A DNA stretch of 64,000 bases from a virus (IMGVR_UViG_3300047469_000094); one strand, 5' to 3'; shown: positions 7,983 through 17,326, numbered from the stretch's first letter. The notes: generated by a model not told the origin, from the sequence alone. Numbers and translations: made by a program.

Positions 7983-8095
7983 TTGGTTTCTTCCTTTTTC
8001 TGTTTAGAGCCGAGGTCTTGATAAAAACCCATGATACCGCGAATGAGGCAAGCGAAGATAACCAAGCTGCCGATGATTCCTGCAAGTGCAGACAT
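7979..8095 (-). CDS. small membrane protein (38 aa) translationally coupled to SPFH gene
   Basis: Hand-translated MSALAGIIGSLVIFACLIRGIMGFYQDLGSKQKKEETN; stop overlaps ATG of downstream gene; below ORF-track size cutoff. Confidence 0.3.
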   Translation of the reverse strand: MSALAGIIGSLVIFACLIRGIMGFYQDLGSKQKKEETN

Positions 8096-8162
8096 GTGAA
8101 ATTCCCCTATGCTAAAGAGATAGTGCCGGAGTGTCTGAACAACGACACCCTTAGGCACTACT

Positions 8163-8170
8163 GTTATACC
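8163..8170 (-). promoter_or_regulatory. -10-like promoter element (minus strand GGTATAAC + AGTAGTGCC box)
   Basis: Same 16-nt motif (GGTATAACAGTAGTGC) as at 24373 and 58306. Confidence 0.3.
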
Positions 8171-8203
8171 TTTTAACTGTGTTTAGATTGAATACGTCTA
8201 GTA

Positions 8204-8542
8204 CTAGGACCTCATAGCACCCCCGTCAAATCGACACTTCCCCCCTAAGTTGAAAACAATCAGGTTTTTACGACCCAACCGCTTTGACGGAGATTTATGA
8301 ACACCGTCTATCAGTATGGAGCTGGCGTTTTCAGAGATATGCCACGATACCCGGATCTTACCTCTTATGCCTTCTTTGTAGAAGGTCACCATGCCACTTC
8401 CAAATCTCTCAATCGTCCAAACACCTTTACCGATGTTCATATCATCAAGAATTCGTTCGAACTTCATGCTCTCCAAGTCATCCTTACTAGGCTTCTTGCG
8501 ACTAAGCCTGCGAAGAAACTCGTTAAGGTGAACCGACTTCAT
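8204..8542 (-). CDS. hypothetical protein with N-terminal EFLRRL motif (member of small-protein family)
   Basis: 112-aa ORF starting MKSVHLNEFLRRL. Confidence 0.55.
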   Translation of the reverse strand: MKSVHLNEFLRRLSRKKPSKDDLESMKFERILDDMNIGKGVWTIERFGSGMVTFYKEGIRGKIRVSWHISENASSILIDGVHKSPSKRLGRKNLIVFNLGGKCRFDGGAMRS

Positions 8543-8652
8543 ACCTGCCTCCTACACAAGTCTCCGGAAAAGCTGAGCCACGTTTTCCGCATCGCTCAAC
8601 GCCCGATGATGCTGACCTAAGAACGTAAGGGTCAACGCAAGGAATAGACGTT

Positions 8653-8844
8653 TCATTTAAAGGTTCCAAATTCAGTTGGTGAGTAGTAACCACGAGGTTC
8701 GAACGTGGCAGGTGTTCGGTGAGTAACGGTTTGTGTAGCAGGAGTAGTCTGAGTGCCCATCTGGGCTGCTACTCTAAGCTCATACTCGCTGAAGTCAAGG
8801 CGAGCGAATTCTTTATTAAACGAGTTTTGGGATTGGAAGTTCAT
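8653..8844 (-). CDS. hypothetical small protein
   Basis: 63-aa ORF. Confidence 0.4.
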   Translation of the reverse strand: MNFQSQNSFNKEFARLDFSEYELRVAAQMGTQTTPATQTVTHRTPATFEPRGYYSPTEFGTFK

Positions 8845-9232
8845 TCAGCCAGTTCTCCGCAGCAGTTTTGAATTCAGCACAGGTATCAGGATCACTAATG
8901 CCGCCAGAGATCCACGGGGCAAGGGTCTTCTCGGCAGGGGTCATCACCGATTCGTAGTTACGAACGAAGCTCTTATCCTGGACGAAACGTTCCAGAGTCT
9001 GCGACCAGTACTTTCCTTCTGCGTAGTAGCACACAGTTACTGGATAGCTATCCTTTTTCGTAGCGTGTTCGTTGGTAAGGAGAATGGTGGTGTACTCCGT
9101 ACCGTTTTCATGAATCCAAACTTGGTCATCCGATACTTTACGCATACGGATTTCCATCGTCTGCTGTCGCTTCATTGCAGCCCGTACTTCGGGGTTCATC
9201 TTCACTGAAGCTGCTTTCCTTGGTGCTTTCAT
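8816..9232 (-). CDS. hypothetical protein
   Basis: 138-aa ORF. Confidence 0.55.
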   Translation of the reverse strand: MKAPRKAASVKMNPEVRAAMKRQQTMEIRMRKVSDDQVWIHENGTEYTTILLTNEHATKKDSYPVTVCYYAEGKYWSQTLERFVQDKSFVRNYESVMTPAEKTLAPWISGGISDPDTCAEFKTAAENWLNELPIPKLV

Positions 9233-9543
9233 TGAGTCGTTTCCTTTTCTCGATAAAGAACGTTTTTGAATTCTTTGGCCACTACTTCACCGGTAGCCTT
9301 GTCGGTACAACGAACTGTTGATAGGTCGTTACTTGATTGCTGGACGGGTCGGTACACAAAACCTACCTCCACCTTGAGCACATCACTGTTAGAACGTTCA
9401 CAGATGCTTTCACCACGAAGCTCCGTGGCCGTGCGGTTTGTTTTTGAGGTCTCCTTGTTCTTGTAATGGACCGCCACCACAACAATTGCCGTTAACACTA
9501 ACAGAAGGAATAAGAAAGTTAAGCCGTGCCTATCCTTTGGCAT
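9229..9543 (-). CDS. hypothetical membrane-anchored protein
   Basis: 104-aa ORF with N-terminal hydrophobic segment. Confidence 0.55.
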   Translation of the reverse strand: MPKDRHGLTFLFLLLVLTAIVVVAVHYKNKETSKTNRTATELRGESICERSNSDVLKVEVGFVYRPVQQSSNDLSTVRCTDKATGEVVAKEFKNVLYREKETTQ

Positions 9544-9716
9544 CAGAACCCCCTGAGCTTCGCTTTGAGGCGGTCGAGGTACTCAGGCTGCCCATCGTAA
9601 GCCATTGCCAAGAAAAGTTCCTTAGCAGTCCTGTACTGAGCGTCAGTGACGTCACACAGCCGCTTGCCAGTTTCCTGGGCAGCCATCATACGGATGTATC
9701 GTTCTTTGCCACTCAT
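9543..9716 (-). CDS. hypothetical small protein (57 aa)
   Basis: Hand-translated MSGKERYIRMMAAQETGKRL...; stop overlaps next start; below ORF-track cutoff. Confidence 0.3.
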   Translation of the reverse strand: MSGKERYIRMMAAQETGKRLCDVTDAQYRTAKELFLAMAYDGQPEYLDRLKAKLRGF

Positions 9717-9760
9717 ACCTTTCCCCAGAAATAAGTAGGGGCCCGAAGAGCCCCTGTTTG

Positions 9761-11560
9761 TTACGCTGCTTTCGGCAGACTTTCAGTCAGATTCGTACGA
9801 ACCGACACCAACGTTGCTTTGGATAGAACTTGGCTGTTCCGGTACGCACAGTTGAGAACACCGTAATAACCAACGGGTTTCCCTTCGACAGGGATGTACT
9901 CACCAGCCTCATCAAACTCTACGGCCAGCCAGCCTTTGGCAGAGTGCTTACCGGTGTCTGTTTTCGGTGCCTTGTAGACATCGATTTTCAGACCGTTGAC
10001 TTCCCCGTAAGTCAGCTTCATAGCAAAGCCCAGAGAGTCACGGGTGATGTGCTGGATGCTGTAGCTACCGACACCGACCACGATATTCTCTGCGGAGAAG
10101 CCCATTTCCATCAGACGCTGCAAGATAGCTTCGAAGCGTTGGATAGTAATGGAGTCACCGTAGATCAGGCGGATCTTCGGATTCAGCACTTTGTAGCCTT
10201 TGCTGTTCACGGTGCCGCCGAACAGTTCCCACAGCCACTGGATGCTGCCTTTCTCTTCCACGGTCAGGGTAGTAGGTTCGAACTTCGAAACCTTCTTGCC
10301 GTCCATGTAGTAGAACTGCTTGTCACGACGGTTCCACTCGATGTCCACGGTGTAGCGGTACAACTCACCGTTCCAGCGGGCAACGCCAGAAACTTCGGAA
10401 CGGCCAGGTTCGCCGTGTGCGGTTTCATCGTAGACCATCTCGGTTACATAGTCCTTGATCCAGCCTTTGGCATGGTCTTCGGTTTCAGCTTCGGAGCCGA
10501 TTTCGAAGACTTCAACCGTGCCGCAGATGATGTCCTTAGGGACGCCGCTGTCAGGCCGAACTACGAACGGACCCCCTTCACGAGCCAGGATCTTGTCTTT
10601 GAGCAGTGGCAGGCCGTGCTCCAACATACCGAAGTAGTCATAGCTGTCCATCACATAGCTGATAGGACCGACGTTGTCCAAGTAGTCAGAGAGGAAGCTT
10701 ACCTCTGCTTCGAACAAGGAGCAGCCACGCATCACAGCACGCATCTGAATGTTCAGAGTTGTCAGACTGTGTTCGGTAGCCATGATGGAACCGAAGTCAG
10801 CCTTGGTTGCGCCGTATTCGTGCATCGCAGCCAAGCAACCCGGGATGTTATCGGTGCCGGTAAACGCAGACAGCATCGAAGGACCAGTTTTGTAGCCCGC
10901 CCACATGCCAAACAGACCGCGAAGACTGAAGTCGTGGCACTGATACGTTACGTAGCCGTTATCGTCAGCCGTCAGTGCTGCGTACTTCTCTGCAACAATT
11001 CGGTACTCACGAGCAATAGTTGCTACGGTGCAGGCAGGCCACAGTTCGTTACTGAAGTGGTCTTCGGTGTAGCTTGCCAGCCATGCGAAGTCCTCATGGG
11101 TGTTGTCCACCAAGATGATCGGAGTACCCGCCCGTACTACGCGGCCTTCTTCGACTGCGTGAACCTGGATAGGCAGATAACCCAGTTTGTGCAGATCGGA
11201 GTAGATGGTGAGATCTGCGTTCGGAGTAGTTGCTTCTATCAGAGGGCGGATCACGCTCTCAACTTCTTCCCACGAAGCTTCAAAGAATTGGTTCCAGGCA
11301 TGGTTGATGGCATTCAGACCTTGGAGAACCCCCGCGACAACGATCTTACCGTCGTACTTAGAACTGCCTTGGAAGTGCTTGGTGCTACGTGGGGTGAAGT
11401 TACCCTGACCCTTCGTATAGCCTTTCGGGAACAGACCTGGGTGACAAAACTTGTACGCGTCACAGAGGATGGCTGCGTACATCGGAGCCGGAGGGGTTTG
11501 CATACGGGTGATTGCAGGGTATGCGGTGGAGCTTACTGGCGTAGGGATCTGCACTTGCAT
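9761..11560 (-). CDS. nadV: nicotinamide phosphoribosyltransferase (NAMPT/NadV family; could alternatively be a Namat-type enzyme of an NAD reconstitution pathway)
   Basis: 599-aa ORF with NAPRTase-family architecture (AILCDAYKF..., central catalytic region); AAGGAAG RBS. Confidence 0.88.
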   Translation of the reverse strand: MQVQIPTPVSSTAYPAITRMQTPPAPMYAAILCDAYKFCHPGLFPKGYTKGQGNFTPRSTKHFQGSSKYDGKIVVAGVLQGLNAINHAWNQFFEASWEEVESVIRPLIEATTPNADLTIYSDLHKLGYLPIQVHAVEEGRVVRAGTPIILVDNTHEDFAWLASYTEDHFSNELWPACTVATIAREYRIVAEKYAALTADDNGYVTYQCHDFSLRGLFGMWAGYKTGPSMLSAFTGTDNIPGCLAAMHEYGATKADFGSIMATEHSLTTLNIQMRAVMRGCSLFEAEVSFLSDYLDNVGPISYVMDSYDYFGMLEHGLPLLKDKILAREGGPFVVRPDSGVPKDIICGTVEVFEIGSEAETEDHAKGWIKDYVTEMVYDETAHGEPGRSEVSGVARWNGELYRYTVDIEWNRRDKQFYYMDGKKVSKFEPTTLTVEEKGSIQWLWELFGGTVNSKGYKVLNPKIRLIYGDSITIQRFEAILQRLMEMGFSAENIVVGVGSYSIQHITRDSLGFAMKLTYGEVNGLKIDVYKAPKTDTGKHSAKGWLAVEFDEAGEYIPVEGKPVGYYGVLNCAYRNSQVLSKATLVSVRTNLTESLPKAA

Positions 11561-11570
11561 GGATACTTCC

Positions 11571-12410
11571 TTAGTTGGTTTCGCGGGTTACGTTGAGTAC
11601 TTCCAGATTACCTGTGCCCTTGAGATGGCGAATGTAACTGTTAGTGGTGAAAACTTGGTCGTAGATATCGGAAACCACCGGAATCCCCTTTGAGAAAAGA
11701 CCGTGGGTCACTGCAAGGCTTACCGACGTTGCACCTTGGCTTTTCAGGGAGTGAAGCAATGGAACGAAAGTCCCGCAACCATCACCGATATCATCCAGAA
11801 CCAGAAGGGTACGACCTTCGACAGTATCGTTTACACGAGTACCCGAGATAATACCCGTTTCGAGGTCCCGTACTTTGGTGCAGTGAATTACCCCAGCCGC
11901 ACCTACACGTTTAGCGAACATTTCCGCCTTCTTCGCAGCACCGCCATCCGGGGCCGCAATGTAGACTTCTCGCCACGACGAATAGATGTCTTTGAAGATG
12001 TCGTACTGGTTGACAACTTCGAGGCGGTTGAACAGGGCCGGGGTCACTTCACTGTGAGGATCGAGGATCTTCACGTTGACGAAGTTGCAGGCGTTGATCA
12101 GTCGTGCAACGACGGCAATACTCAGAGGCTCACCTGGATTGCATACCCGATCCTGCCGAGCGTACGGCATGTACGGGATAAACGCGGAGATCGCTGCTCG
12201 GGGATACACACGACTAACAGCATCGTGGATCATGATCAGGTTCAGCAGATCACCCTGCGTTGTCAGCCTGGCCACGATCTCTACTTCCATCACTTTTTCA
12301 GGGTAGAGGTTGCCTGTCTGAATCTGTGGCACCACTTCCCCGCCTGGGAAATTGATGTAGCTGACTTCTTCAGTTACGTTGCCGAAACGCAGGTAGATAT
12401 TCTCTTTCAT
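11571..12410 (-). CDS. prs: ribose-phosphate pyrophosphokinase (PRPP synthetase, Prs) or Prs-like ADP-ribose pyrophosphokinase
   Basis: 279-aa ORF; PRPP-binding PRTase motif LLVLDDIGDGCGT and Prs N-terminal fold. Confidence 0.88.
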   Translation of the reverse strand: MKENIYLRFGNVTEEVSYINFPGGEVVPQIQTGNLYPEKVMEVEIVARLTTQGDLLNLIMIHDAVSRVYPRAAISAFIPYMPYARQDRVCNPGEPLSIAVVARLINACNFVNVKILDPHSEVTPALFNRLEVVNQYDIFKDIYSSWREVYIAAPDGGAAKKAEMFAKRVGAAGVIHCTKVRDLETGIISGTRVNDTVEGRTLLVLDDIGDGCGTFVPLLHSLKSQGATSVSLAVTHGLFSKGIPVVSDIYDQVFTTNSYIRHLKGTGNLEVLNVTRETN

Positions 12411-12640
12411 TTCTGTTGACTCCGCTGGACGTTGTGGATGTTCAGTTTGATGAACTCAAGGGTGGAAGGGTCTACACAGGTAACCTGTGTTTTCGTGAGG
12501 AAATACTCAACGTTTTCAAGGACTAAGCGTCGTTTAATACACGCCGTCTTTGCATTGTCGCCGGTGGCAACCTTGTCGATCTTGCTCGTTAAATCGCAGC
12601 CGGACAGAGCAAGAGCCATTACGATCAAAAGGTACTTCAC
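12407..12640 (-). CDS. small lipoprotein
   Basis: 77 aa with signal MKYLLIVMALALSGC (lipobox LSGC). Confidence 0.6.
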   Translation of the reverse strand: MKYLLIVMALALSGCDLTSKIDKVATGDNAKTACIKRRLVLENVEYFLTKTQVTCVDPSTLEFIKLNIHNVQRSQQK

Positions 12641-13353
12641 TTCGTTTTCCCCTTTCTGAAACTGTGCTTATCGAAGCCGTGTGCTTGGATCAGTTCTTGG
12701 TCCGAGGCAACGTGCTTCATTTGGTTTGCCGTTGCCAGTGTACCTGAGATAAACGAAGAAATCTCTTGGAAGACAGTGACGCCATCCTTGAACTTCGTCA
12801 AACCCCATTCTTTGAGGTTTGGATTCTTTACCAGTGTGTTATCGAAAACAATGAACATCGGAATACCGAGTTCGGTAAATACCTCAACGTTCTCACGAGA
12901 AGTTGGGACTTCGAAGTCTTCGAAGAGAGTTCGCTCAGTTCTCCAGTTGCGGTGCTTACCTTCCCACTCCTGAGGCATCTCATGCTTGGAGAATGCGGTT
13001 CGATAAGTCTCGGTATCGAAAAATGAGCTGTTGTATTTAACGCTGGACTCGGTTTGCTTTCTTTCACGGTAAACAACTACCCGGTGAAGAACCCCGCAGA
13101 AGCCGAACACGCCAACAGTGTATGGGTCACGTCGGCTCACAGTGTCCGCGAATTCTCCAGTCAATGCCCGGCCCCACCCATCACACGCTGCGAGGAGGTT
13201 TTTGTACGTCTGGTCTACCTCATCTTTTCGAGAGGCCCGGTAGTACGGAAGCATCCTGACCTTTTCCTCCTCTCGGTTGTACCGGACAGACGTGTCCACG
13301 CCATAACCCGCACAGTTATCGTAAAAATCACGGAACTTAGAATTAATTAGCAT
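12637..13353 (-). CDS. hypothetical protein
   Basis: 238-aa ORF immediately upstream (operon) of prs/nadV; no motif recognised. Confidence 0.6.
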   Translation of the reverse strand: MLINSKFRDFYDNCAGYGVDTSVRYNREEEKVRMLPYYRASRKDEVDQTYKNLLAACDGWGRALTGEFADTVSRRDPYTVGVFGFCGVLHRVVVYRERKQTESSVKYNSSFFDTETYRTAFSKHEMPQEWEGKHRNWRTERTLFEDFEVPTSRENVEVFTELGIPMFIVFDNTLVKNPNLKEWGLTKFKDGVTVFQEISSFISGTLATANQMKHVASDQELIQAHGFDKHSFRKGKTK

Positions 13354-13377
13354 TGTGTATTCTCCTTTGCTATCTTG

Positions 13378-13386
13378 CTTATACCA
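13378..13386 (-). promoter_or_regulatory. extended -10-like promoter element (minus strand TGGTATAAG)
   Basis: Motif family member ~25 nt upstream of start of 12637..13353 operon. Confidence 0.35.
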
Positions 13387-13441
13387 GGAAACTCTGGCCA
13401 GCCTTAAAATGGAAGTATCCTACCCTACCGAGGTGCTGTCT

Positions 13442-14200
13442 ATGTCGAGCTATAAGAAGCCTGAAACACGTCAAGCTAGTCGGAACAAGAAGAATGCTGG
13501 GAAATTCCCGGAACTCATTAACGCTCAGAAAGACGTAGAAGCTCATTTAGAATACGAAGTGAACCGAGTTCGCTTCGGGGCGTTCCAGCCTAGAAATCGG
13601 ATGCAGGGAGCATACGCAGAAGCTATCGAAAACCAACGAATTGTTTTCGGTCTAGGACCTGCTGGGGTAGGTAAGACTTTCGTGGCGACCTCTATCGCTT
13701 GTGAGATGCTAGAGGCAAAAGAAATTGAGAAAATCGTTATTACTCGGCCTATGGTCGGTTGTGACGAAGAGATGGGTTTTCTACCCGGCTCGGAGCAGGA
13801 CAAGTTTTTGCCGTGGCTTGGCCCTTTCATCGACGTGATCGAAGGTAAGCTTGGACGTAAGAAGATGGAGTCCTACCTTGAGTACGGGAAGATCGTAGCC
13901 ATGCCCTTGATGATGATGCGTGGATCTACCTTCCGCAACGCATTGGTTATCCTGGACGAAGCCCAGAACACCACCCCTAAGCAGATGAAGATGTTCCTGA
14001 CTCGTCTTGGCGAAGGCTCTCGGGTAATCATTGACGGAGACCTGGAGCAATCTGATATACCACCTGGAAAAGGCAATGGTCTAGAAGATTCTCTGTACAA
14101 ACTACAGGACTCTCACTCAGTCGCCATCGTGAAGTTCACTGAGGATGACATCACACGAGACCCTTTAGTCAGGGAAATTGTGATGGCCTACCGCAGATAA
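13442..14200 (+). CDS. phoH: PhoH-like ATPase
   Basis: Walker A GPAGVGKT, ...LDEAQNTTPKQMKMFLTRLGEGSRVIIDGDLEQSD; start chosen at ATG 13442 (GAGGTG RBS) inside longer ORF 13355..14200. Confidence 0.88.
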   Translation: MSSYKKPETRQASRNKKNAGKFPELINAQKDVEAHLEYEVNRVRFGAFQPRNRMQGAYAEAIENQRIVFGLGPAGVGKTFVATSIACEMLEAKEIEKIVITRPMVGCDEEMGFLPGSEQDKFLPWLGPFIDVIEGKLGRKKMESYLEYGKIVAMPLMMMRGSTFRNALVILDEAQNTTPKQMKMFLTRLGEGSRVIIDGDLEQSDIPPGKGNGLEDSLYKLQDSHSVAIVKFTEDDITRDPLVREIVMAYRR

Positions 14201-14211
14201 CAAGTAACTAA

Positions 14212-14236
14212 CAAAGACCGCCCTTAGCTGGGCGGT
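14212..14236 (+). terminator. rho-independent terminator
   Basis: ACCGCCC-TTAGCT-GGGCGGT hairpin + TTTTACT right after phoH stop. Confidence 0.5.
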
Positions 14237-14256
14237 TTTACTATCAGGAGTCCTAA

Positions 14257-14889
14257 ATGGATTACATCAAAGCAATACTACAGTGGACCTTTCTACTGTT
14301 GGCAAACCTAGTCACTGACGTTCTTGGACTATTCGTAGTTCTGGTGGCACTGGCCTTCCGAGTTGATGGCGTCTCTCTGAGCGACGGTCGCCCTATCAAG
14401 AACCTGCCTAAATGGGTTTGGATGTTCGGCAACGACTATGACGGGGTCCTTGGCGATAAACGTATGTGGTGGAATGAACATGCCGACGCTGAAGTTTGGT
14501 TCGGTCTACGTCCACTGATTCGCAAGATCTTCCCAAGCCTTAAGGTAGTTGACGCCTCCGCCTGGCAATCTATGTACTGGTGGACCGCAGTTCGTAACCC
14601 AGTTAACAACATGCGTCTGATGAAGATGTTCCAAGCACCCGTTACTGGTAGCACCATTACCTACAAGGGTGACTTCTACGTTCGTGACGATAAGGATAGC
14701 GCTGGCTGGCAGTTCGTTACTACTGAGAATGGCGGGAAGAAGTGGTACGGATTCTACTTTGTTCATCTCTGGTCTGATACCCACGCTTTTGTTATTCGTA
14801 TGGGCTTCAAGGTAAACCCTACTGATGCAGGTACGGTGCAAGAACCTGAAGGTATGACGACTAAGATCAATCCATATAAAGCCATCTGA
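14257..14889 (+). CDS. hypothetical membrane protein
   Basis: 210-aa ORF with N-terminal TM helix. Confidence 0.6.
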   Translation: MDYIKAILQWTFLLLANLVTDVLGLFVVLVALAFRVDGVSLSDGRPIKNLPKWVWMFGNDYDGVLGDKRMWWNEHADAEVWFGLRPLIRKIFPSLKVVDASAWQSMYWWTAVRNPVNNMRLMKMFQAPVTGSTITYKGDFYVRDDKDSAGWQFVTTENGGKKWYGFYFVHLWSDTHAFVIRMGFKVNPTDAGTVQEPEGMTTKINPYKAI

Positions 14890-14899
14890 GTAATTAACT

Positions 14900-16372
14900 G
14901 TGAACCCGTACCTCATCAAAATCGCCAAGGCTGAGCCTAAGAAAAAGAAAAGTAACAGCCCTCATCATGACGAAGTCCTCGGTCTACTTGAGAAAGGTGA
15001 AGGGGTACTGGCTCAACACTCTATGGGCAGTGGTAAAACCCTGCTCGCCTTGAGGGCTGCTGCCAGAGCCCAGAAGCAACATCCTAACAAAGACGTTGTA
15101 ATCTCTGCTCCTGCATCCGTGATCAAGCAATTCCCAGACGAAGCTAAGAAATTCGGGATCAAACTCGATCCTAAGCGCACCAAATACTACTCTCACGAAG
15201 AGCTAGTCAATCGTGCAAAAGATATTTCCAAGAATAAAAACTCCCTTCTGATCATCGATGAAGCCCATCGTCTTCGGAACCGAGATACTGCAAAGAATAA
15301 GGCACACGCTCTAGTCCGGGACTCTTCGGATAAAGCTCTTATTTTGAGCGGTACGGCTATGTATAATAAACCGCACGACATAGCGGCCCTTGTTAACCTT
15401 GCTGCTGGCTACAAAAAACTTCCAGACACTGAAGCCGAGTTCAAAAAAGAGTTCGTGGCCACCGATCACGTCGAACCCGGGAGCTTTGCTTCTTTCTTCG
15501 GGGCAACCGCAGGTGAGACTGAGCGCCTTACGAATAAGGGTCGTCTTAAGAAATTGATCGGTGACACCGTTCATAACTACGATGCTCAGAAAGAGATGCC
15601 GGAAGAGTTCGCCAAGACCACCGAGAAGATCCATAACGTAGAGATGTCCAAAGACCAGTACAAGTTCTATCGTTTCGCAGAGAACAACATACCTTGGCCT
15701 ATCCGTATGAAGATCCGTGCGGGTCTGCCGCTATCTAAAAAAGAGAATGCCTCTCTGAATGCTTTCTCTTCTGGTGTTCGCCAAATAGCCAACAGCTACG
15801 CTTCCTATACGACCAAACCAGAGCAAGTCGAGGCCTCCCCTAAGTTCCAGGCCATGATAAAAGATCAGGATGCTCTGCGTAAGAGTCTCGGTAAGAAGTA
15901 TCGTGGGGTTGTCTACTCTAACTACTTGGGCAGCGGCCTGGCACACCTAAGCAGAGAGCTGGAAGCCAAGAAGATCTCCCACGGAGTCTATACCGGTGAG
16001 CTTTCCAAAGCTGAAAAGAAACGAATGGTCGATGAGTTCAACGACGGCAAGTTCGATACGTTACTCCTCTCGTCCTCTGGTGCAGAAGGTATCAACCTAA
16101 AAGGTGTTCGTCACATGCAAGTGATGGAGCCTCACTGGAATGATTCCAAGATCCGTCAGGTAGTTGCTCGGGCAGTCCGAAGAGGAAGCCATGCCCATCT
16201 GCAGGAAAATGATCGTCACGTACAAGTTGATAAGTACCACTCAAGTCTCCCGCGAGGGTTCTTCGGTAAGCCCGCAGGCAAGTCCATTGATGAATACCTC
16301 CACGCCATGAGCCAGGATAAGGAACACATCAAGAAAGATATCAATAAACTGATTGACGCTAACTCTAAGTAA
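14900..16372 (+). CDS. SNF2/DEAD-like superfamily-2 helicase
   Basis: GSGKT Walker A, DEAH-like LIIDEAHR, helicase-C motifs (SSSGAEGINL, QVVARAVRRG); GTG start in ORF track. Confidence 0.8.
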   Translation: MNPYLIKIAKAEPKKKKSNSPHHDEVLGLLEKGEGVLAQHSMGSGKTLLALRAAARAQKQHPNKDVVISAPASVIKQFPDEAKKFGIKLDPKRTKYYSHEELVNRAKDISKNKNSLLIIDEAHRLRNRDTAKNKAHALVRDSSDKALILSGTAMYNKPHDIAALVNLAAGYKKLPDTEAEFKKEFVATDHVEPGSFASFFGATAGETERLTNKGRLKKLIGDTVHNYDAQKEMPEEFAKTTEKIHNVEMSKDQYKFYRFAENNIPWPIRMKIRAGLPLSKKENASLNAFSSGVRQIANSYASYTTKPEQVEASPKFQAMIKDQDALRKSLGKKYRGVVYSNYLGSGLAHLSRELEAKKISHGVYTGELSKAEKKRMVDEFNDGKFDTLLLSSSGAEGINLKGVRHMQVMEPHWNDSKIRQVVARAVRRGSHAHLQENDRHVQVDKYHSSLPRGFFGKPAGKSIDEYLHAMSQDKEHIKKDINKLIDANSK

Positions 16373-16384
16373 TAGGATCTAACC

Positions 16385-17008
16385 ATGTTTTACTTCGGCA
16401 ATATCACCGCTCACGGTGCCGTTTACCTGTATCCAGAGAAGCCCCCTCAAGATTTAATGTGGGTCGATCCAAAAGGCCATACAAATTTCTGGTGCTCAGT
16501 TCTTGGTGATTTATCTGGATCTAGTTCAAGTCCTCGTACTGAGACTCGTGAAACTCTCCCTCGCTCTGGAGAACCCTACAACTGGGTGGCCGGTGAGGCA
16601 GTACATACCCTGACTGGCAAGGTTCGTCTAGAACTGATTCCAAGTTCTGGAAAAGTAATCGTAGGTCAAATCCATGCGTATAAAGCTTCAAACCCATTCC
16701 TGATGGTTACTTGGTGGAATGGGGTTGCCCGAATCGATTTTCGAGAAGTACCTAATGGCCTGACCACTAAGGCTCTTTCAGTGCCGTGCCCTCTAGGAGA
16801 GTCGTTCGAGTACAAGATAGAGATAGATAAGTCAGGGATGCTGACCGTTACGATAAATGGACTTGGTTTTCAAACTCAAGTAAGCCCATTGTGGACTGCG
16901 TTCCCGTTCTACTTTAAAGCCGGTGCATATGTGATAGACAATTCTGGTCCGGAAACAGAAGGCGGCTGGGTAGTCTATGAAAACTTTGAAGTCTCTCACT
17001 TAAGCTAA
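16385..17008 (+). CDS. polysaccharide lyase family 7 (alginate lyase-like) protein
   Basis: PL7 signature blocks RTETRE (RxExR), QIHAY (QIH), YFKAGAYVID (YFKAGxY) in 207-aa ORF. Confidence 0.65.
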   Translation: MFYFGNITAHGAVYLYPEKPPQDLMWVDPKGHTNFWCSVLGDLSGSSSSPRTETRETLPRSGEPYNWVAGEAVHTLTGKVRLELIPSSGKVIVGQIHAYKASNPFLMVTWWNGVARIDFREVPNGLTTKALSVPCPLGESFEYKIEIDKSGMLTVTINGLGFQTQVSPLWTAFPFYFKAGAYVIDNSGPETEGGWVVYENFEVSHLS

Positions 17009-17035
17009 AAGAGGCCCTCGGGCCTCTTCTTATTT
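17009..17035. terminator. bidirectional rho-independent terminator
   Basis: GAGGCCC-TCG-GGCCTC hairpin with T-runs on both strands, sits between convergent genes. Confidence 0.55.
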
Positions 17036-17326
17036 TGTCTGTATCTTCAACAACAATTTCACGGGTCGATAGTACTTACTTGTAATTGCTCTTTCACGGA
17101 CAACCCTTTCTATTTCAAATTCATACGCCTTATCGTGCAGGAAGCTTCCGGTAGCGTCGTAGACGTTTTGCCCATCATCGTTATGCACCCTCAAAACGTC
17201 GTCGTTAAACGATAGTATCGAACGAATACCTTCGTCGTTTCTAGCATTTATCGTGTACGACAGCTTGGTTACATTCCCACCCGCCGCAACGAACCGAGTT
17301 AAGAACTCGTACATAGTAAATCTCAT
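17030..17326 (-). CDS. small protein, family with N-terminal (E/D)FLxR..GG motif (array 1)
   Basis: MRFTMYEFLTRFVAAGGNV...; tandem paralog. Confidence 0.55.
   Translation of the reverse strand: MRFTMYEFLTRFVAAGGNVTKLSYTINARNDEGIRSILSFNDDVLRVHNDDGQNVYDATGSFLHDKAYEFEIERVVRERAITSKYYRPVKLLLKIQTK

Noticed and set aside
7347-8021. 224-aa plus-strand ORF
   Set aside because: It is antisense to the SPFH/band-7 gene.
9830-11596. 588-aa plus-strand ORF
   Set aside because: It is exactly antisense to the NAMPT-family gene and shows no recognisable motifs. A long antisense ORF is expected by chance opposite a long GC-balanced gene.
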